Position numbers and translations under genes: made by a program. 64,000 bases of DNA from Octopus sinensis (Eukaryota), in assembly GCF_006345805.1 (NCBI RefSeq), contig NC_043009.1, positions 13,764,001 through 13,828,000 on the forward strand, in the 5' to 3' direction. Below the pieces are notes generated by a model. The model saw nothing but the letters and a program-made list of their open reading frames with translations, had not been told where the DNA came from and did not search any database. How positions within the stretch are numbered: the stretch's first letter is position 1; each line of letters begins with the position of its first letter. Of the stretch, positions 39,237 to 54,328 are shown one piece after another.

Positions 39237-42051
39237 TGACTTTCAGGAAACAGAAACAACAATTCTATGGATTTTCAATGTTTAAGCCTTCAAGGGAGAG
39301 TGTATAAAATTATTAAAAGTCAGATTGTCCAGTTTTCACTGTGATGTGAATGACAGTCATTTTTTGTATGGAAAGTAGGTTTCTAGATAAAATGAGAACA
39401 GCTTTTAAACGAGAACAGAAATTGCTGAAGCAATTCCCTTGTAATTTCTATGGACTTTACTTACAATATTTATATTGATTTGATCTTCTAATTAGTACCC
39501 TTCACATTGTAATAACAATGATTTCATTTATTATTACTCTCGGTCAGCATTTTGGATGGCAGCCATTTATCGAGATCCTATTCTGTATAGAAAGTATATA
39601 TATTGTTTATGTAAATGTATGCACTTTTGCTGCTTATTTTCATATGCATGTGCTTGTTATTTTATACGTGTTTATATTTATATATGTGTTCAAATTTTTA
39701 TCGTATATATTTTGACATTCGTCGAAAAATTATCTCAGCCACGTATGAAGAAAATAGATACATATGTATTTATGTGCCAGAATGTGTGTGTATGTGTTTG
39801 TGCGTGTATGTATATGAATCTATTTGCACACATGCGCGTGACTTATACGCCTTACTTTCTATATGTGCGTATGTAAGAGTGTGTATATATAAATAAAAAC
39901 GAATTAAATTAATTAATTCTCTCAAAAGCTCAATCTCTCCAAGACCTGTGTTAAGGTTTGATAACTCGATTGCAGTTCTGGTTGCAAATGTTATTCTTGA
40001 TTAATTTTACTAATGATCCTCAAAATATTTTGTCTTCCCTCATTCCTATCAAAATATATTAGCTACGTACCTAGCTACTAGAAACCAATATCAGTTCATT
40101 TCCTTCGAAGTTGTAACCAATCTTGTATACCAACTAATATAATACATTTCAAAAATATGAAGAAAAACAATATGAATATTGTTATATCATATCTGTTACA
40201 AATTAGATGGTTGCTGCCAATGTGAAAATAAATAGATAAAACAATAATTAATATTACAGGCTCAATAACTAATGATCGATATTTCATTGCAATAAGCCAA
40301 ATATCTCTTAATGAAATTAATCACTCTAAATGCATATAATCTCACGCGTGCATGTTTGTGTGGTGAACAAGCAGCCAAGAGAAGTAATTAAACTATCAGT
40401 TTAGAAATTTTGAAAGGTTATATGTACCAAAGCCTTAGGGGAAAGTTATCGGTAATATATTAGCATTCTTGCCAGTTGAGATTTATCTCACATGAGTCCA
40501 TTTATGAAAGCTGATTTAGCAACGACCTTGCAGATCTATGGTTTCGTAAAAAAAAAATTAACCATAAAATATCAGTTGCATAGCATTTGTGTTGGAATAG
40601 ATTAACTGAAAAATGAGACACTAACTTATTTATTCCAATTTAAAATTTTGTTCAGTAAATCATATATATCGAGGAAGAAGTCTTGAGAAAAATATTCTTA
40701 GATCGTGGAAATTCACTAACAGAGAAAGTGAGAAAACAGGAGCCATATCAGAATATGTTGTGTATTTTCGTTATAAAAATTTATCAGATTGGAATTCAGC
40801 CAGATTCAAACATAGCTAGACAGATATTGCAGTGTATTCAATCATTTTGAAATTTGGCCAAGGAATTATCGCAAGCATTCATCAGTGTGTACAACCATAA
40901 AGCAACTCGGATGAATCCCTCAACGTCCATTTTATCAAGTATTATACAAGGCCAAAAAGACTGCTATTAAAAATGGCGCATTTACTACGTAAAAATATCT
41001 AATTAAATATACTAGGATAGATACAGCTCTTCGGGCGGTGGTTTGGGAGTTTTGCCAACTATTTCGTGCAGTTGGAGTCACCATGTTTAAGTGACCCTTG
41101 TCGGATAGCGAAATTAGTTGAAATAATTTGACTTCACCACACATGAGGTAAATATAGTCAGTGATACAGCAAACTTGATGCCTGCTAGGAAACAATTCTC
41201 TTTATCTCTTTTTCTCTCTCTCTCTGTCTCTCTGTTTCTGTGTCTGTCTCTGTCTCTCTGTCCCTGTATCTCTCTGTCTCTCTCTCCCCCATACATTCAC
41301 ATTCCTTTAGAGAGCTGGTTACTCTAAAAAGTGTAAAAAGTGGTGTGAGATATGAATCACTTCCAGACTTCAGAGCTGAATGGTTGATTTAAGAAACGAT
41401 TGAAAGAGTGATTTTCATAGTGAAAGTGTTGCTGGGCACAAGAAAAAGGATTGGTCGTATTTTAGTCACATTCATGGTGACAGGACATAACTCATACATA
41501 TAGCACGGAAAAAGATTTTTGCCCATTCTTTGTTTCATTGGGCTAAGACCTGCACGAAGAGGTCAACTTGACTGTGGTAATACTCATTTAATACTAATAT
41601 TTTATTTGATTGGGGTTTTAAACTGATAACTATAAAGTACTATAGAAATGAATAGATAAATGCCAGTCCTATATCTGGCTGTTTCAATCGTCTGCTCAGC
41701 CACATTGTCATAAAAGAATGACAATATTGTGAAAACTATCAGCGATTGTTTAATTATTGAAATATTTACAGTTTAAATAGTTATAGTAACCAGTTATGTT
41801 TAGTCACTACCGAATACTACAAAGTTCAGAAAGTGTCGATTGAAATGGGAAAAGAAGAAAAAAAGACAACACAGGAAAATTTAGGTTCTTGCTTAGAATA
41901 TTGGCATAGTTTTCAAAGCAAAGGATACAATAGTTGATTTGTGATGATGGAATATATTTATTTATTTATGAGTAAATATGCTTTATAAAACAGAAAGGAT
42001 AGATATCTCTGGTAAGATTTGAAATAAGAGAAGTGAATTCTAGGATTACAA

Positions 42052-42089
<38 letters not shown>

Positions 42090-42646
42090 GTCGGGTCTAT
42101 ACTATCACGTTTGGGAAATCAATTAGCAGAGAATCTAAACATGTGAAAAGATTCAAACTTTAATGGAAGAAGTACTTCAAATTCACTCAGCTTCGTTGTT
42201 TTTATGTAATAGCGTATCGTTAGTGACGAGACTTGTAATAGGAGAAATCTCTGGCAGTTGGAAACTTTAACTGTATCATACCAACACAAATCACTAAGAA
42301 AATGCAACGTCCACTTTAAGCTGATTTGCATCCATTATATCCGACAGTCTATATTACAGACATGTCTTTGGATATTGACAAAGAAATGGAAAGAGATTAT
42401 AATGAGTGGCAACAGATTCCGTCTGAATTAAATTTACCCCAGGTTTTACCTGTGGTTCTATAAAATCAATGATACATATATTTTGTTTATATACTACAAA
42501 ATATTCCGGCAACGTTCGATTTTAACGCTTTTACCATTTGTTTGAAATATATAATTTTCTTTCCACAATTGATTGTTCAGCAGAAATTACAAATATATCC
42601 ACAGTAAACTAAATAACTGATTTACCCAGATTTTTCGTACTGTATG

Positions 42647-42780
<134 letters not shown>

Positions 42781-43005
42781 ATATATAATGTTTATTTCAC
42801 TCTGTTCCAAATTTAAATGCTTACCACTAGTTGTAAATAGGTTCAGTAGTGAGGAACAATTTTATTGCTGTAAGCAAAAGAGGCATTTGACGTGTGGAAG
42901 CGTTTGTTTCCACTCCACACACATATTCAAATGTTTCAAATCACTATAAAAAGCTCATTAATTCTATAATATAAAATTAATTATTTTTTCGTTAACTTCC
43001 TGTAG

Positions 43006-43027
43006 TGGTTTCAAAATTTTGGAATAT
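43006..43027 (+). CDS. Candidate 22-nt micro-exon (GFKILEY if phase 2-0)
   Basis: ttttttcgttaacttcctgtag|TGG...TAT|gtgagt; strong splice-like flanks, no homology recognised. Confidence 0.15.
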
Positions 43028-43762
43028 GTGAGTTTTATGCAAACAAACTCGTCCCGGCATCACTCTACAGATATTTGTATTTAATATCACCACATTAGTT
43101 TTTTCTATCTGAAAAGACCTGAAAAATGTCATAGCTACTGCCTCTCGTCTGAAAATTATCTTTAAAATCACATACATACATGTATATTTCTTTAGAAACC
43201 AACGGCTGGTCCTGATTTTCCATTGTTTCTAACTGCATACACTTATATTATTGGATGCAGACATGACTAAGTGATTAAGAAGCCTACTTTACAATCATGA
43301 GGTCACAATTTTTCAATCATACCTCTTAGTGTTCTGAGTATCGACATCCGATATTGTTAGTAAAACCTGTGTAGAAGCGCATGAAACTCTAACTGTAATT
43401 CAAAAGTTCAGCCTTACATAAAACTTTCAGAAGAGTGTACGTGACCGTGGGATACTTAACCAGTCAATGTATAAGTCATTCAGTTTTTGAACAACAAGAC
43501 GCTTATGTATCGTATGAATTCCTGCCTTTATACTTGCAAGGTCTCGTATTTTAGCAGGATATCTAGCCGGCAATTTTATTATAATAATGCGAAATAACTT
43601 TTAAAATAGAGAAACGTATAATAATAAAATATCAAACATCTGTAGATACGGATATTTACGACGCTGACAATATCCACATTCTAACATCGTTTGAAAAAAA
43701 GAATGTATAACAAAAAAATATGAACCAAATTTGCATAGAAATGCGATTAAATTTGCTATAAT

Positions 43763-44059
43763 GTAAATTATCATCATCATCATCACGTGACCGACCAGTC
43801 CATCAGATGTAGTTACACATCGCTGGTCACAATGCGTTCGCATTGTTTTAGCCTTCGAATGACGCTAAGCGAGCAGGCTAACAGAAGAAAGAGTGGGAGA
43901 AAGTGTGGTGAAAGAGTACAGCAGGGATCACCGGAGCCTCGTGGAACTTTTAGGTGTTTTCGCTCAATAAACACTCACAACGCCCGGTCTGGGAATCTAA
44001 ACCGCGATCCTACGACCGCGAGTCCGCTGCCCTAACCACTAGGCCATTACGCCTCCACT
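43763..44059 (-). mobile_element. tRNA(Arg)-like-headed SINE, family D, with a (GAT)n tail (similar to octopus OR-type SINEs)
   Basis: Reverse: ggcgtaatggcctagtggttagggcagcggacTCGcggtc..ggtttagattccc; tail gtgatgatgatgat. Confidence 0.8.
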
Positions 44060-44606
44060 GTAATGTAAATTATAATATCGCATTATAAACTTTGAAAACT
44101 TGCTGTAAATTTTATAACAATATTTTTAGCGGTGAACAATTCTATTTTACTATGTCAGCCAGTTTTCATTAACTTTCTTATTGGCTGATCACTACTTCGA
44201 TCGATCAAGAACTATCAAATTTCTCTTTTGACACAAAGGTTTCAATAAGACCAAAACAACAGGACTTGCCTTCTGTATTTGTCAAATGTAAAATAATATT
44301 GATCAGTCACTAATATTATGGAATTTTTACTCATGATATAATTATGACATATATATATATATTTTAATAGATGAAACCGCCGGTCTGTGAGTAATTCTGG
44401 TTTTTTATATAATTTTCATCTGTCTTGCCCGAATGTGGTTCTGGTGTCCGCTGAATTTTCCTCTAGAGAACATTCTTTTCTTTGTAGTTTGATCTTAGGG
44501 GATATACTTCTAGCATACGGCTGACCACCAAGTGGTTCTGCCCTTTAAATACACACACACACACACATACACACACACACACACAGATATATATATATAT
44601 ATATTT

Positions 44607-45446
44607 ATAATTAATCAATATAGGGTGGCAGAAAACATTTTGTAGAATTCTTTTTGCCACCAGCGGCCTAGTGGGAAAAAATAAATAGTCATAGACCATT
44701 TTTAAGTTCAACATCAACAATCAAGGAACGGCCATGATAGGCCATTCACCCACTAGAAATAACAGCCAAAGCTTCAACCGCAAATAAAGATTAATTCCGT
44801 AAACAGGAGAAAAATTAAAAAAAACAATTACCCTGTAATTTCTTGTACGATGCACCGTTTCATCTGCTGTTTAATGGTAAACTAACTTGATTAAATTAAA
44901 TCAAGCCAATCTTCCATAGGCCCTCAGATTCTTCAGCAAGAAATAGCCCAGTCGGAACAGATATTTTCACGAGGCATTTCAAACCCTGCCAAGGTAATAT
45001 CTGACCTAAAATTTTCAAAATCGTCGCACTCGCGGCCAAATTTATCGGCAGCAAAATAAATATAGCCGTCGATTCCATTACGGAATTAACCAGAAAATTC
45101 ATAATTAATCAATATAGGGTGGCAGAAAAAATTTTGTAGAATTCTTTTTGCCACCAGCGGCCTAGTGGGAAAAAATTAAATAGTCATAGACCATTTTTAA
45201 GTTCAACATCAACAATCAAGGAACGGCCATGATAGGCCATTCACCCACTAGAAATAACAGCCAAAGCTTCAACCGCAAATAAAGATTAATTCCGTAAACA
45301 GGAGAAAATTTAAAAAACATTTACCCTGTAAATTGTTTTTTAAATTTTCTCCTGTTTACGGAATTAATCTTTATTTGCGGTTGAAGCTTTGGCTGTTTTT
45401 CTAGTGGGTGAATGGCCTATCATGGCCGTTCCTTGATTGTTGATAT
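44607..45446. repeat. Direct repeat of ~230 bp (44607-44838 and 45101-45331) followed by an inverted partial third copy (45332-45446)
   Basis: Near-identical sequence read directly; period 494 bp. Confidence 0.9.
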
Positions 45447-45481
45447 ATTATATATATATAAGGTTAACAATCGAGAAAAAA

Positions 45482-45534
<53 letters not shown>

Positions 45535-45540
<6 letters not shown>

Positions 45541-47868
45541 ACAATCAGAAGAAAAATTTCCTTCAAAGAGGTGTGTAAAGTATCCAGTACACTGGTACAT
45601 GGTTGAATACCACATAAATATGGGTATAATTCAAATTACAATCAATAAATCAAACAGGGAGCTACACATGACAATCTAAAATGACAATCCAAAATGACAA
45701 TCCAATAATTTTTATTTATATTAAAACATAACATAATTCACTATGAATATAATATGATATAACATAAACAATTATTTAAACAACCAAAAGCCAACAATTT
45801 ATTTCAATTTATACATATTTTTTTTTATATATAAACAATTCAATTCCCTTATATATAAGTTACATCAGGGAAATGTTGTGTAGATAGACAAAATTCGTTG
45901 TGAAAGAATTGCTAGAATGTAAAATAAATTAATTCAAATGCCCATGTATTATGATCGTGAGCGTTAGCCATTCAACTACATGCCAATTACATCAAAAATT
46001 TAAATAAAAAAATTATAACGGACAAAGTAATTAACTAATTAGAATCTATAACTATCGAAATATATTCCTATATATCTCAAATAATATCAACCCAAACTCG
46101 TTTATGTCTAAGACAATCTTTCGTTATTATAATAACATGCAACAATAATATATATGTGTATATAATTAAGTATTAGGGTCTTAATCTATATACTGTAATA
46201 AAACGTGTAAAAAGATACAATGATGATTATATTTTTGATATATACCTCGTCTATTTATTTAAAGTTATTTAAATAAAAAGTTGTTTAAAGTAACTGATAT
46301 AAGTGTTCTATATTTATTGCTTATCGGAGAGAGAATTCCGTAATAAATATGAATAGAAACTTAAAAGATTTCTTTGTTTATTTAATTTATCGTAGGGAGA
46401 ATTCCGTAATAAATATGAAGATAAATTTCGAGCTACAAACACTATTACAAAAATACCCCATAGATATAGAGTTAGGCTCTAATAGGGATATCAACATATT
46501 ACTAGTTTTTTTTAGAAGTAACGAATTGTTTGTATAACAAAACATGTGGTATATAAGTCGAAACAAATTCTTGGCTTTGGGTCACTTAAGTAACGGTTTG
46601 TTATATTATATTATTTTCAGAGTATATTATGTTATATTATAATATAAATAAATTATTGGATTGTCAATTGTTTCTCTCTATTTAATTTATTGTTTATATA
46701 TATATATAAGGTAAGAATCAGAAGAAAAATTTCCTTCAAAGAGGTGTGTAAAGTATCCAGTACACTGGTACATTGGTTGAATACCACATAAATATGGGTA
46801 TAATTCAAATTACAATCAATAAATCAAACAGGGAGCTACACATGACAATCTAAAATGACAATCCAAAATGACAATCCAATAATTTTTATTTATATTAAAA
46901 CATAACATAATTCACTATGAATATAATATGATATAACATAAACAATTATTTAAACAACCAAAAGCCAACAATTTATTTCAATTTATACATATTTTTTTTT
47001 ATATATAAACAATTCAATTCCCTTATATATAAGTTACATCAGGGAAATGTTGTGTAGATAGACAAAATTCGTTGTGAAAGAATTGCTAGAATGTAAAAGA
47101 AATTAATTCAAATGCCCATGTATTATGATCGTGATCGTTAGCCATTCAACTACATGCCAATTACATCAAAAATTTAAATAAAAAAATTATAACGGACAAA
47201 GTAATTAACTAATTAGAATCTATAACTATCGAAATATATTCCTATATATCTCAAATAATATCAACCCAAACTCGTTTATGTCTAAGACAATCTTTCGTTA
47301 TTATAATAACATGCAACAATAATATATATGTGTATATAATTAAGTATCAGGGTCTTAATCTATATACTGTAATAAAACGTGTAAAAAGATACAATGATGA
47401 TTATATTTTTGATATATACCTCGTCTATTTATTTAAAGTTATTTAAATAAAAAGTTGTTTAAAGTAACTGATATAAGTGTTCTATATTTATTGCTTATCG
47501 GAGAGAGAATTCCGTAATAAATATGAATAGAAACTTAAAAGATTTCTTTGTTTATTTAATTTATCGTAGGGAGAATTCCGTAATAAATATGAAGATAAAT
47601 TTCGAGCTACAAACACTATTACAAAAATACCCCATAGATATAGAGTTAGGCTCTAATAGGGATATCAACATATTACTAGATTTTTTTAGAAGTAACGAAT
47701 TGTTTGTATAACAAAACATGTGGTATATAAGTCGAAACAAATTCTTGGCTTTGGGTCACTTAAGTAACGGTTTGTTATATTATATTATTTTCAGAGTATA
47801 TTATGTTATATTATAATATAAATAAATTATTGGATTGTCAATTGTTTCTCTCTATTTAATTTATTGTT

Positions 47869-47880
<12 letters not shown>
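45535..47880. repeat. Tandem duplication of a ~1173-bp AT-rich unit (two copies)
   Basis: ORF tracks 46349 and 47523 are offset by 1174; I counted about 6 differences by eye. Confidence 0.95.
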
Positions 47881-47899
<19 letters not shown>

Positions 47900-48070
47900 T
47901 TAATTCTATTTGCTGAGTATCTAAGCTACGCCCTGATTCTGCACGGACATAGTACATCTGGTGATGAACATATTCTTTAAGGCGTTCAAACTCAAAATAG
48001 TAGCAGAATGAAGCTATCACTTTTATACATAAAGTCCGCTATATTCTGTTTATTCTCTGTTTGTAACTAT

Positions 48071-48105
<35 letters not shown>

Positions 48106-49875
48106 CTTACAAGTAGAGAATAAATAAAGTAAAAAAGGAGAAAAATGATTTGGAAAGCAATTAAAAAAAATAGAGATGCCCGAAATGTGTGATGTCTTGT
48201 GTGTCTCAGAGATCAAACACGCTTATATCTAATCTTTCTATCCAGAATAAACCTCCAAAATAATTTGCTAAATCCTTTTTTATTCATTACCTTGCATTCA
48301 ACCTGTACTAATAGAATGTTGATGTGCTTTTGGAGTCGTTTGATATCTACTTCTAACATGTTGGTGTTGTTTCTCAGTACACTTAATTATATCTACATAA
48401 CTATATATCTATATTAATTCTTACCTTTATGGTTTTTCTTACATGCTGGCCACTGGTGGGGTCGTTATTTGTTAATGATTTGTATCCCTAATTATGCGAA
48501 CAAACACACGCACACACTCGCACTCATATACATACATAAATATACATATATATGTGTGTATGTGTGTGTGGATGTGGGTGTGGGTGTGTGCGCTTACGTG
48601 TGTGATCTTTGATATATACAAGAGGTCACGCATTTAGGATGTCTTTATTTTATAAATTGCTTCCAAAATCATTTTCTCTTTTTTTTACTTCTTTATTTAT
48701 TCATTATAGACATTCTTTGTGCGATACAAACCAAGCTGTATGTTTTTGTACTATTACACAGATACACTTACGTTTCCATGAAACTCATAATTGCAAGAAA
48801 CCCTGTTGAAAATGTTTATTTAATTTCTTGTAGTATAACCTATATTTATAATTCAGTCGAAATGTAAAATATTGATATATCTTTCAAATATTGATTTAGG
48901 CTTAAACAAGCCTATGTAGCTTAACAATTTTATTAAATCCATTAATCTAAATTGACATCATAGGAAATGATTTAATTATTTTTCACTCGTACGCACGCAC
49001 CGTAATATATACATTCCTTTCTGTTCCCTTCTGTTTTATAATTTTCCTTGCATTTATTTATTAAAAATTCCACTCAACGTATCTTTCAATACTCAACAGA
49101 GAGGCTGTGACCAACGAAGCTTACAATTACTTTTGATAGCTTATGCGATGTAATGAATATACGTGTACGTATACTTCCTCGTATACATAAGCATCGATAT
49201 GTATGCATTGGAAATAAATTGCGAATGTAGATATAGTCTACTATTAAGCAATACGTTCATAAACGGGACCCTCAATATTTTTCGAGCTAGTTTGTCGATT
49301 ATACGAATGGCAGTAAGGCATTCACATCAACGACTCTATGAAATTATCTTTCAAATATTCATTGCTAAGAAAACATAAAAGGGATGCATTTAACACGAAC
49401 GATTAACTGAAAATACGCCTATAATATAGATAAATTAATCAAAAATTTTTCTTCTGAGATTTCATTAAAGAAAATGATACCCCATGATTATAAGGATTAC
49501 GAAGAAAAATTATCATTTTAAATTTTCTTGGTATTTGTTTATAGCAATCATGGATCATTTAGTTTTTGCTGTTTATTTTGATATTTTTTTTTACAAGGTT
49601 CGACTTTAGTAGATCCTGAAATAACTTTATATCATTAAACAGTTTTTCCAGCAAGTATTACTAATTATTATTTGGGAATCCATTTGAACAATTGTTGAAC
49701 GATAGCTGGAAGATTATCAACTACTACAAAGGTGATCTGATCCCGAGAGAATGTCTTGAACCCCTACGTATTCAAATATCCATGTGTGCCATATCTACGC
49801 ATCGGTGTGGAATTACAACATATCAATGTAAAATGAAAGCATAACGATGTATATGTGCATGTGCTCGCGCATTCT

Positions 49876-49909
<34 letters not shown>

Positions 49910-51316
49910 TGTGTGTGCATGTATGGGTATTAGATGAAATTTGCACTTTTGCATCGTTAACTATAAAATTCAAACTCAAATGAAAACACTAGATTAAAGG
50001 AAACTGCTATTTCATGTACAGCAAATCACGTCATAAGAGAGAAAATGCAGCATTAAACTCAGACGACGACACTCTTTTGACAACCAGAAAGCAACTGAAC
50101 ATTATTTGTTACCGTAATAGCCTACTGTGCTTAGTTCCCTTCCATTGATAGTGATGTAATAACGAATTCCTTTATCGAATGCTGCAGTACAAATGGCGGC
50201 TGTCCAGATATCTTTTATGTTGATATACGATTTAATGAATATATATAAGGAGCGGATACCACTATCTGAGTGAAACGCGATACATTTCATACACTTTATA
50301 GAATAAAATACTTAAAAACTAACGCATTTTCAGCATTTCCAACCCGATAGCTGTGCATGATGTATAATCGAGATTGAAAGTCTGTTTCTGTGTGAGTTTC
50401 TTTTTTCCATGTGGCTTTATAGAAAATGTTGCATTGTAACGATATTATATTGCTGTGTCACTGATAAAGAAAGCAATCAAACTATTTATTTCTTTTGTAG
50501 TGAAAAAAAGCAATTTTATATTGAACCTTTACCTCCGAATATTACATATTGAATCAGCCATTTACTTTTGATTCATTCTGACATTGCATTTGTCTGATGT
50601 GGAATTATAAGTCTAAATCCTCGCATGTGCAACACAGAAAAGCTTCTGCATGAACTTTTATTAGTGTTGCCTAATAATCTCATTGCATGGTCGTTCTATC
50701 CCATAAGATCTATTTACGTTAATCTGAAATTACATTAAGTCAAGCTTTTCTTCTGCACATCAACATTCATGTATCGCTCCAAGTTATATGCTTTGCATCC
50801 TCAGACTTCTTTAGAAGTGGAAGAAATTATAAAGGCTTCAGTAACTCAGTGTGCATGAAAATAATTTTCTTGATATATATTCCAAAGATTACCCTACACT
50901 ACGATCTGAAGTTTGAATACATGTTTTTCTTGCATTTCATGAAGCGACATTTGCTTTGAGAAACGTCTACAATCTTCATGTTCCATAAACCATATTTAAA
51001 TAGTCCTGTAATATTGTGGAGTTACTCTAGAAAAGGTTCATCAGTTATTGTTCTTGATAAAATGCAACGGGTATGTTGCGTTTTTATTGGTTGTATGATG
51101 ATCTTGTTTAAACTTGTGTCCTGTATACTTTTAAGAGAAAATATAATCTCTAATTTATTCAGTTATGAAAACTGAGAACCATTCTATCAATAGAAAATAT
51201 ATATTTTTCCTCTAACCGAAGGATCTATACTAAATTTAATGGCGTAAATATAATTATAATTATATGTGTATGTGTGTATACATATATATGTATATCTACT
51301 ATATATACCTATATAA

Positions 51317-51364
<48 letters not shown>

Positions 51365-51424
51365 TTAGACAGATAGATAAATAGATATATATACCTATAT
51401 ATACATATATAGAAGTCTCTAACA

Positions 51425-51715
51425 GCATGTCATATTAACCACCAATGCTGGTCAGACCTGGCTGCGGACCGTGATGTCTGGCTCCACACGATTTTCAACG
51501 CAGTCAGCAAGTTTGAGGAACAAAGAAGAGACGCACTTAAAGACAAGAGACGCAGGCGGAAGGCGCGAGCCGCCTCTGACACCACACCGGATGTTACCTT
51601 CGTCTGTGGACACTGCTCACGGATCTGCGTTTTCCATATCTGACTTGTCAGTCATGAGCGTGCATGCACGCGACGTGGACAGCCTTCCTGATCTTCGTTC
51701 GCGAAGCCGAGCCAT
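51425..51715 (+). mobile_element. RTE-clade LINE 3' fragment
   Basis: CWSDLAADRDVWLHTI..FEEQRRDALKDKRRRRK..TFVCGHCSRIC..(frameshift)..LVSHERAC; typical of an RTE/BovB-like C-terminus. Confidence 0.85.
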
Positions 51716-51737
51716 TTTTTTGTATATATATATATAT

Positions 51738-52416
51738 AAACCAGCTTAGAGAAGAAGAAGAAACCAAACGAAACCAAACGAATCGAATCGAATCGACGCG
51801 AAGGCGCTCAGTCATACAATAGTGTAATAAATAAAATATATGCATACATACAAACATATATGTACGTACCTACATCTACATGTATATATACATGCATATA
51901 TAAATATATATATACGTGTATACAGGACACCACAAATATACGTAGAACTCAACGAGAAACGAAAACGTAAAAACAGCATGGAACGGACCATTTTTTTAAC
52001 AACGAAAAAACAGAGTACAAGACAATTACACAAGGAAAAATCCCCTTCATCAGCTGTCCCTAGTTCAACTTCAGCGTGTTTCAAAGGTGAGGACAGAACA
52101 CGTCTCGTCGAACAAATCCTTCCTGCGAAAGAATTAAATAAAATTCTTTTGCAGAGGGGTAAAAACAAGGAAAAAAATGTGACAAAAACAGGACGTAAAA
52201 ACAATACAATTAAAACAAATACAAAATAAAATACAATTACAAAAAATACAGTACAAGAAAGAATAGAAACAGGATAGGAAACAAATAAAGAGGGCCTAAA
52301 AGCCTAGACGAGGAAAAAAAATTTTTTTTCACGAGCGCAGGAAGACACATGTTTACTTGTTTACAAGGCTGCCGGCGAAAGGAAGTTCGTAGACCCGGCT
52401 GTGAGAGAGATGAGGA

Positions 52417-52471
<55 letters not shown>

Positions 52472-52626
52472 GGAAGGAAGCAAAAGAGGGTGAAAGAAAG
52501 AGAGAAGAAGGAGTTATAGGGTTTCGCGTCATAATTATATATAAAAACCAGCTTAGAGAAGAAGAAATGAAGCCAAACGAATCAAATCGAATCGACGCGA
52601 AGGCGCTCAGTCATACAATAGTGTAA
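51738..52626. mobile_element. Unit flanked by ~85-bp direct repeats and containing a Penelope-like terminal fragment
   Basis: aaaccagcttagagaagaaga...cgaatcgacgcgaaggcgctcagtcatacaatagtgtaa at 51738-51827 and 52545-52626. Confidence 0.6.
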
Positions 52627-53373
52627 GGGTAGTACATATTTACAAATTTCACTACCAGTGGCCTAGCATATGTAAAAAGTCAAAGACGACATATTATTCA
52701 ATATAAAATAGTGTACATTTAAACACAAAGAGAAATTACCTATAACAGGCAATTTCTACACGCTCGGAGACAGTCAAAATGACTAAAAACCATAAAAAAG
52801 AATTAAGCTCTTTGAAAAGGAATGAAAAAATAAAAACTTTTACCTTGTTTTTATGGTTATACCTATAGTTTTCGGATTTTTTTAGCAAGTAAAATAATTT
52901 AAATTTAATTTACTAGGTAAATTCTCATCAGTAACCGAGCCAACCAAGACTAATCTATAATTATGAGACCAATAGCACGTGTCTCATCTTTATATGTTAT
53001 AGTTGTTTTTCAAAATCCACTACGGAAGCGTAGTTTCAATCGGCAGAATATGAAAAATGCTATTTTTCATTTGAAATCACAACGTAAAGAACCGGACAAA
53101 ATATCAGCAGATACTTTGACGGTCTAATGATTCTGCCAGCAATCGACAGTTTAGCGGTTCATATCCAGTCACTGATAGTGCATCGTAAACATGGTCATGA
53201 ATTGGCTACAAAACGACAACAACAAACCGTAGACGTAGGACTAACAAACAGGTAGTTTTGAGTGAAATTATAGGTAATTTCTCTTTGTGTTTAAATGTAC
53301 ACCCACATACACACACACACACAGACGACACACACACACAGACACACAACACACACACACCCACACACACCAC

Positions 53374-53827
<454 letters not shown>

Positions 53828-53880
53828 TGGTAAATTTTATTAACTATAAATTAATATTTTTACCCTATATCTATAATGAT

Positions 53881-53932
<52 letters not shown>

Positions 53933-54328
53933 GTGTGTGGTTTGTGTGTGTGTGTGTGTGTGTGTATCTGTGTATCTGTGTCTCTGTGTGTGTGTGTATG
54001 TATTTATATATATATACAAGATTACGGAATGCTGTAGAATTTCTTATTCGCTCACATGACAACCCTAATCGCCTACGGTGGAATATAAAAAGAACTTTTT
54101 CCCGCTTATCCCTCTTTGATACGAAAAAATCCACAATCTTAAGTCTCAATAAATCATTATTGTCCCTGAAAATTCTTTTTTTATATTTACTACGTGTTGC
54201 TTGAAGCTAACTTTCTTCCTACACCTTCATCCCTGGGGGACTCCTACATAGGGTAACTGTTGCATTTGCTCAGTATATAAATGGTTTGGTTGCTTGTTTC
54301 TCTGGAGATTGTGAAAGTAATGTGGACG

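Noticed and set aside
46349-47711. Duplicated 62-aa ORF MNRNLKDFF...
   Set aside because: AT-rich chance ORF that recurs only because of the tandem duplication.
49665-49840. Protein-like frame FGNPFEQLLNDSWKIINYYKGDLIPRECLEPLR
   Set aside because: Preceded by an in-frame stop with no usable acceptor or start codon.
50133-50250. ECCSTNGGCPDI, resembling an EGF-like motif
   Set aside because: The cysteine pattern is incomplete, the frame ends in a stop and the acceptor is poor.
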